Positions 61,001 through 64,000 of a stretch of DNA of 64,000 bases are shown one piece after another. The notes below the pieces were generated by a model. That model was not told the DNA's origin. It did no database searches and saw only the letters and a list, made by a program, of their open reading frames with translations. Origin of the DNA: Hyphomicrobiales bacterium (lineage in GTDB: Bacteria > Pseudomonadota > Alphaproteobacteria > Rhizobiales > JAJFHC01). Each line of letters begins with the position of its first letter. Positions within the stretch are counted from its first letter, which is position 1. A program made the translations under genes and the position numbers. The DNA lies in assembly GCA_965227875.1 (NCBI GenBank), contig OZ245783.1, forward strand, positions 4,978,251 through 5,042,250. The letters run 5' to 3'.

Positions 61001-64000
61001 GATCAGGTCGTCGCCGCCCGAGCCACGGAACCGGTTGTCGTTGCCGTCGCCCGTCAGCGTGTCGGCGAAGTTCGATCCCCGCAGGTAGTTGGCGTTGATG
61101 AACGTGTCCGTCCCGATCTGGTCGCCATTGCCCAGATCATTGTCCGTCGCGATACCCGTCACCAGGCTGGCGTTCACGCCATCGGCCGCGTTCTGCCAGC
61201 TGATCCGCCGCGTGCCCGCACCCGAACCGGTGAAGTCCGCGAGGTCGTCCCCACCGCTCAGGCGGATCTCGAGGAACGTGCCGAAGCTGTTCGTGTAGCT
61301 GCCGTCCGCATAGATCTGGTCGTCGTGATCGCTGTCGCGGATCACATGCGCACCCGTCACCGTATCCACGCCGCCCAGACCGTCGCTGATCTCGTTGGCA
61401 TTCAGGCCGTGGCCTGCCGAGGACGACAGGTTGGCCACGATGCCGCTCGTCGACGTCGCGTAGTTGACGATCGCCCAGTCCCAGAACGCGCCGGGATCGG
61501 TGATCTGGATCGTGTCGTCGCCCGCACCGCCCTCGAGGATCGCGTAACCGCCCTGGCCGATCAGCGTATCGTCGCCGTCACCGCCGAAGAGCCGGTCGCC
61601 CGACCCGAAGTAGTTCGCCGCGATCGTGTACGGCGCACCGCCCGAATAGATCGTGTCGTTGCCGACACCGCCTTCGAGCCAGTCGTCGCCCGCACCGCCG
61701 TCGATGATGTCGTCACCGCCGAGCAGGTTCGTCGCATCGCCGAAGTCGCCGATCAGCGTGTCGTTGCCGTCGCCGCCCGTCAGCGTGTCGTTGCCGTACT
61801 GGCCCCAGAAGGTGTTGTCGCCCGCATCACCCGTCATCTGGTCGGCGAAGTAACCGCCGTTGATGATCTCGATATTGCTGATCGTGTCCGTCGTACCGAA
61901 CCCGTCGTCGATCACCTGACCCGACGCCAGGTTAAGGTCGACAACGATGCCGTTGGGCGAGTTCCAGTGCTCGATGCGGTCCGTGCCGCCGCCGCCGTCG
62001 ATCACGTCGTCGCCGCCCGAACCCCGGAACCGTTCGTTCGCACCAGAACCCGTCAGCATGTCGTCGAAGTTCGAACCGCGCAGCTGATTGGCGTTGATGA
62101 ACGTGTCCGTCCCGATCTGGTCGCCATTGCCAAGATTGTTGTCCGTGGCAATGCCCGTCACGAGGCTCGCATTCACGCCGTCCGATGCATTCTGCCAGCT
62201 CATCCGCCGGCCGCCGCCCGACATCCCCGTCAGGTCGACATGGTCGTCGCCGCCGCTCAGGCGCACCTCGATCCAGTTGCCGTAATTGTTGGCATGCGTG
62301 CCGTCCACGAAGATCTGGTCGTCGTGGTCGCTGTCACGGATCACGTGGACGCCCGTCACATTGTCCACGCCGCCAAGCCCGTCGGAGACCTCATGTGCCC
62401 CCAGCCCGTGGCCCGCCGACGTCGACAGGTTGGCCACGATCCCGCTCGTCGAGGTCTGGTAGCCGACGATGGCGAAGTCCCAGTCCACGCTGCCGAACGC
62501 GTTCGTCACCTGGATGGTGTCGTTGCCCGCACCGCCCGTCATCAACAGCCCACCGCCTTCCGCGATCAGCGTGTCGTCGCCGTCCCCGCCGTCCAGAACG
62601 TCGAAGCCGTTGAAGTCGAGATCCGACCCGCCGCTGCGCAGCGTGTCGTTGCCAAGCCCGCCGATCAGAGTGTCGTTGCCGCCAAGGCCGCTGATGTCGT
62701 CATTGCCGCCAAGGCCGTCAATCACGTCAGCACCAGGCGTGCCCACAAGAATGTCGTCGCCGCTGGTCGCGACACCGTTCTGGAACGTGAAGTCGTCCGC
62801 ATGAAGCTGACTCACCAGCACGTTCTGCAACACGAGCGTGTCGCCCGAAGACAGGGTGATCGTCGTGTCCGTGCCGTTATCCGTGGCGAAGTTCGCCACC
62901 AGGTCGGCAAAGTCGACAATGCCGGAGTTGATCAGCGTGACGCTGTCATCCGTTCCCGCACCTGCAACGAAGTCGGTGATCGTGTCATTACCGTAGCCCG
63001 GGCGGAAGATGAACGTGTCGTCATTGTCGCCGCCACGCAGGCTGTCATTGCCTGAACCGCCGTCGAGAATGTCGTCACCGCCGAGAAGTCCGCCGCCGCC
63101 GCCGAAGTCCCCGATCAGGCTATCGTCGCCGTCGCCACCGCTGAGCGTATCGTTGCCGTAGTCGCCGCGAAGTTCATTTGCACCTGCATCGCCGGTGATC
63201 TGATCGTCCCAGTAGGACCCCCGTACATTTTCGATTCCGATGAGCGTATCCGTCCCACCGAATCCGTCGTCGATCACCTGACCGGAACCCAGGCTGAGAT
63301 CCACAACAATCCCGAACTCCGAGTCCGCGTGGTCGACACGGTCCGTACCAGCACCGCCGTCAATCAGATCGTCTCCGCCGGACCCGCGGATGAAGTTGTT
63401 GTTCGCATCGCCGGTCAGCGTGTCCGCATGGCCAGACCCCCGCAGGTAGTTGGCGTTGATGAACGTGTCCGTGCCGATCTGGTCGCCATTGCCCAGGTCG
63501 TTGTCCGTGGCGATGCCTGTTGCCAGGCTCGCGTTGACGCCGTCTGCCGCGTTCTGCCAACTGACACGACCCTGGCCGGTCATGCCGGTGAAGTCGACAA
63601 GGTCATCCCCCGCTCCGAGGCGAACCTCGATGAAGTTGCCGAAGCTGTTCGAGAACGTACCGTCCACGTAGATCTGGTCGTTGTGGTCGCTGTCACGGAA
63701 AACGTGAACACCGGTCACCGTGTCCACGCCGCCAAGACCGTCGGACACCTCGTTCGCACCGAGGCCGTGCCCGGACGACGTCGACAGGTTGGCAACAATC
63801 CCGCTCGCCGAGGTCGTGTACTGGACCCGGGCCCAGTCCCAGAAGCCGTCGCCGCTGTATGTCGACGTCACCTGGATGGTGTCGTTGCCGACACCGCCCG
63901 TCATGATCGAGAAGCCGCCTTCGGATATCAGCGTGTCGTCGCCATCTCCTCCGTCGAGCGTGTCGACGCCGTAATAGTCGAGATCCGCGCCGCCACTGCG
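55070..64000 (-). CDS. Giant RTX/hemolysin-type calcium-binding repeat protein, presumed T1SS substrate; 5' end off-window (more than 2,976 codons in window)
   Basis: The frame is open from nt 64000 down to the stop at 55070-55072. GGxGxD nonapeptides occur throughout. The C-terminus reads ...LLILQNAQVSDLDADDFLI, typical of T1SS substrates. The gene lies directly upstream of prtD/hlyD-like genes. Confidence 0.9.
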   Translation of the reverse strand, partial: RSGGADLDYYGVDTLDGGDGDDTLISEGGFSIMTGGVGNDTIQVTSTYSGDGFWDWARVQYTTSASGIVANLSTSSGHGLGANEVSDGLGGVDTVTGVHVFRDSDHNDQIYVDGTFSNSFGNFIEVRLGAGDDLVDFTGMTGQGRVSWQNAADGVNASLATGIATDNDLGNGDQIGTDTFINANYLRGSGHADTLTGDANNNFIRGSGGDDLIDGGAGTDRVDHADSEFGIVVDLSLGSGQVIDDGFGGTDTLIGIENVRGSYWDDQITGDAGANELRGDYGNDTLSGGDGDDSLIGDFGGGGGLLGGDDILDGGSGNDSLRGGDNDDTFIFRPGYGNDTITDFVAGAGTDDSVTLINSGIVDFADLVANFATDNGTDTTITLSSGDTLVLQNVLVSQLHADDFTFQNGVATSGDDILVGTPGADVIDGLGGNDDISGLGGNDTLIGGLGNDTLRSGGSDLDFNGFDVLDGGDGDDTLIAEGGGLLMTGGAGNDTIQVTNAFGSVDWDFAIVGYQTSTSGIVANLSTSAGHGLGAHEVSDGLGGVDNVTGVHVIRDSDHDDQIFVDGTHANNYGNWIEVRLSGGDDHVDLTGMSGGGRRMSWQNASDGVNASLVTGIATDNNLGNGDQIGTDTFINANQLRGSNFDDMLTGSGANERFRGSGGDDVIDGGGGTDRIEHWNSPNGIVVDLNLASGQVIDDGFGTTDTISNIEIINGGYFADQMTGDAGDNTFWGQYGNDTLTGGDGNDTLIGDFGDATNLLGGDDIIDGGAGDDWLEGGVGNDTIYSGGAPYTIAANYFGSGDRLFGGDGDDTLIGQGGYAILEGGAGDDTIQITDPGAFWDWAIVNYATSTSGIVANLSSSAGHGLNANEISDGLGGVDTVTGAHVIRDSDHDDQIYADGSYTNSFGTFLEIRLSGGDDLADFTGSGAGTRRISWQNAADGVNASLVTGIATDNDLGNGDQIGTDTFINANYLRGSNFADTLTGDGNDNRFRGSGGDDLIDGGAGQDRIDHGDSTSGIVVDLSLASGQVIDDGKGGTDTLISIENVQGGAFDDTITGDAGDNQLDGNYGNDVIDGGDGNDSITGDWSDDVNITGGDDTLDGGAGDDWISGASGNDIIDGGSGEDWLEGGAGNDTISGGSGNDILVGGRGNDTLDGGTGTDEIHYYDSIGGVVIDLNFGTNQVVDDGLGGTDTLINIESISGSNFSDQMTGDTFDNLLRGEGGNDIIDGAAGNDSVQGGDGNDTLSGGSGNDFILGGAGDDIIDGGDGDEYIYGHAGSDTIDGGLGQDAVGHEGAQHGIVLDLTLASGQVVDDGDGFTDTLISIEQYDGSEHADDMTGDASGNLLRGLGGDDIIRGGDGNDTLIGERYYDAAFPINIGNDTLIGGDGDDSLHGDLISDPTSAGGDDTLDGGTGNDTLEGHGGDDTFIFRPGYGNDTITDFVAGAGTDDSVTLINSGIVDFADLVANFATDNGTDTTITLSSGDTLVLQNVLVSQLHADDFTFQNGVATSGDDILVGTPGADVIDGLGGNDDISGLGGNDTLIGGLGNDTLRSGGSDLDFNGFDVLDGGDGDDTLIAEGGGLLVTGGAGNDTIQVTNAFGSVDWDFAIVGYQTSTSGIVANLSTSAGHGLGAHEVSDGLGGVDNVTGVHVIRDSDHDDQIFVDGTHANNYGNWIEVRLSGGDDHVDLTGMSGGGRRMSWRYAADGVNASLVTGTAVDNNLGNGDQIGTDTFINANQLRGSYFDDTLTGSGANERFRGSDGNDTIDGGGGTDRLEHWDSPGGLVIDLSLGSGQVIDDGFGSTDTISNIEIINGGYFADQITGSAGDDTIWGQYGNDTLTGGDGNDTLIGDFGDATNLLGGDDIIDGGAGDDWLEGGVGNDTIYSGGAPYTIAANYFGSGDRLFGGDGDDTLVGQGGYAILEGGAGDDTIQITDPGAFWDWAIVNYATSTSGIVANLSSSAGHGLNANEISDGLGGTDTVTGLHVIRDSDHDDQIYADGSYTNSFGTFLEIRLSGGDDLADFTGSGAGTRRISWQNAADGVNASLVTGTAVDNDLGNGDQIGTDTFINANYLRGSNFADTLTGDGNDNRFRGSGGDDLIDGGAGQDRIDHGDSTSGIVVDLSLASGQVIDDGKGGTDTLISIENVQGGAFDDTITGDAGDNQLDGNYGNDVIDGGDGNDSITGDWSDDVNITGGDDTLDGGAGDDWISGASGNDIIDGGSGEDWLEGGAGNDTIYSGGAPLNATAAFFGSGDRLFGGDGDDTLVGQGGFELLEGGTGDDTIQIVDTGNWWDWANVTYATSTSGIIANLSTSAGHGLNANEISDGLGGTDTVTGLHVLRDSDHDDQIYADGSYTNSFGTFLEIRLSGGDDLVDFTGSGAGTRRVSWQNAADGVNASLVTGIATDNNLGNGDQIGTDTFINANYLRGSNFADTLTGDGNNNRFRGSGGDDLIDGGAGQDRIDHADSTSGIVVDLSLGSGQVIDDGKGGTDTLVSIEIVNGSQWDDQITGGSGHDTLWGGTGIDTLTGGDGDDTLIGDFGDEGGLAGGDDILDGGAGNDTLQGGTGNDTLYSGGAVQDFNGLDLLDGGDGDDTLVSQGGFSIMTGGVGNDTIQVTDTGAYYDWANVSYATSTSGIVANLSTSAGHGLNANEISDGLGGVDTVTGIHVLRDSDHDDQIYADGSYTNSFGTFLEIRLSDGDDLVDFTGSAAFTRRVSWQNAADGVNASLVTGIATDNDLGNGDQIGTDTFINANYLRGSGHADTLTGDGGDNFFRGSAGSDTIDGGGGTDRIDHADSPGGINVDLSPASNQVIDDGHGTSDTLISIENVRGSDFDDTITGDGNANQLRGELGNDILDGGAGNDDLRGGGGNDTISGGDGADTLNGNDGNDTLNGGLDFDTLIGGAGDDLFVFENGTGTDTITDFDLGATVLEQIDITDFGFANFAAVTAAATDVGPDVHIQLDANDLLILQNAQVSDLDADDFLI
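57311..59738. repeat. Intragenic direct repeat, copy B (~2.43 kb)
   Basis: Offset of exactly 3,285 nt to copy A. Seen in paired near-identical antisense ORFs (57315/60546, 57516/60801, 58368/61653, 59184/62469) and in manual alignment of both junctions. Confidence 0.85.
60596..63023. repeat. Intragenic direct repeat, copy A (~2.43 kb)
   Basis: Same evidence as copy B. The upper ~1 kb is almost identical between copies and the lower part is more diverged. Confidence 0.85.

Noticed and set aside
54962-63055. Plus-strand ORFs of 1,811 aa (54962..60397) and 695 aa (60968..63055), plus many 60-140-aa 'SLP/PPS'-rich ORFs
   Set aside because: They are antisense or shifted frames of the giant RTX gene. 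The periodic GGC/GAC codons keep the other frames open. Their products are V/A/R- or S/P-rich with no domain signature. I used them only as markers of the repeat period.
1-64000. Search for tRNA, rRNA, CRISPR arrays, IS elements, transposases, integrases and phage genes
   Set aside because: None was recognised by eye. There are no short direct repeat-spacer arrays, no transposase- or integrase-like ORFs, and no cloverleaf-like intergenic sequences. The 'holin family' ORF at 16512 has no phage context.

Overview
High-GC, GC3-saturated alphaproteobacterial-type (Rhizobiales/Rhodobacterales-like) chromosomal DNA. No rRNA, tRNA, CRISPR array, IS element or prophage was recognised. Many long ORFs in the track are antisense or out-of-frame artefacts of the GC3 bias.

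(1) nt 1-28,400: the general stress response (GSR) core, nepR-ecfG divergent from phyR, followed by a DUF1328 gene and a PAS-HWE kinase. It sits in an unusually dense cluster of stress genes: dps, OsmB-like lipoprotein, csbD, pmp3/yqaE, DUF992, DUF2383-PLD, PAP2-DUF1206-AI-2E, a metallothionein and several exported unknowns. By eye I find 11 perfect GGAAC-N16/17-CGTT (EcfG-type) promoters, all intergenic and correctly oriented, plus 4 one-mismatch candidates. One candidate precedes a possible C-rich-loop sRNA that shares the gdhA terminator. A bphO-bphP operon (PAS-GAF-PHY-HWE kinase-REC) and gdhA lie inside this block, as does an amidoligase/GATase gene pair.

(2) nt 28,400-35,000: a cydDCABX cytochrome bd operon.

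(3) nt 35,100-50,800: a ~14.4 kb translationally coupled minus-strand operon. It encodes a HisD-like dehydrogenase, an MBL hydrolase, a CUT2-type and a CUT1-type ABC importer (the latter with two MalK-like ATPases), an unknown degenerate HD-like protein and a malic-enzyme-like protein. A divergent LacI regulator with palindromic operators sits upstream.

(4) nt 50,850-64,000: an MFS transporter, then a type I secretion ABC/MFP pair downstream of a giant RTX-type protein (more than 2,976 aa in the window, 5' end off-window). This protein shows several distinct kinds of internal repeat architecture.

All family assignments are by-eye motif recognition and need HMM or BLAST confirmation.
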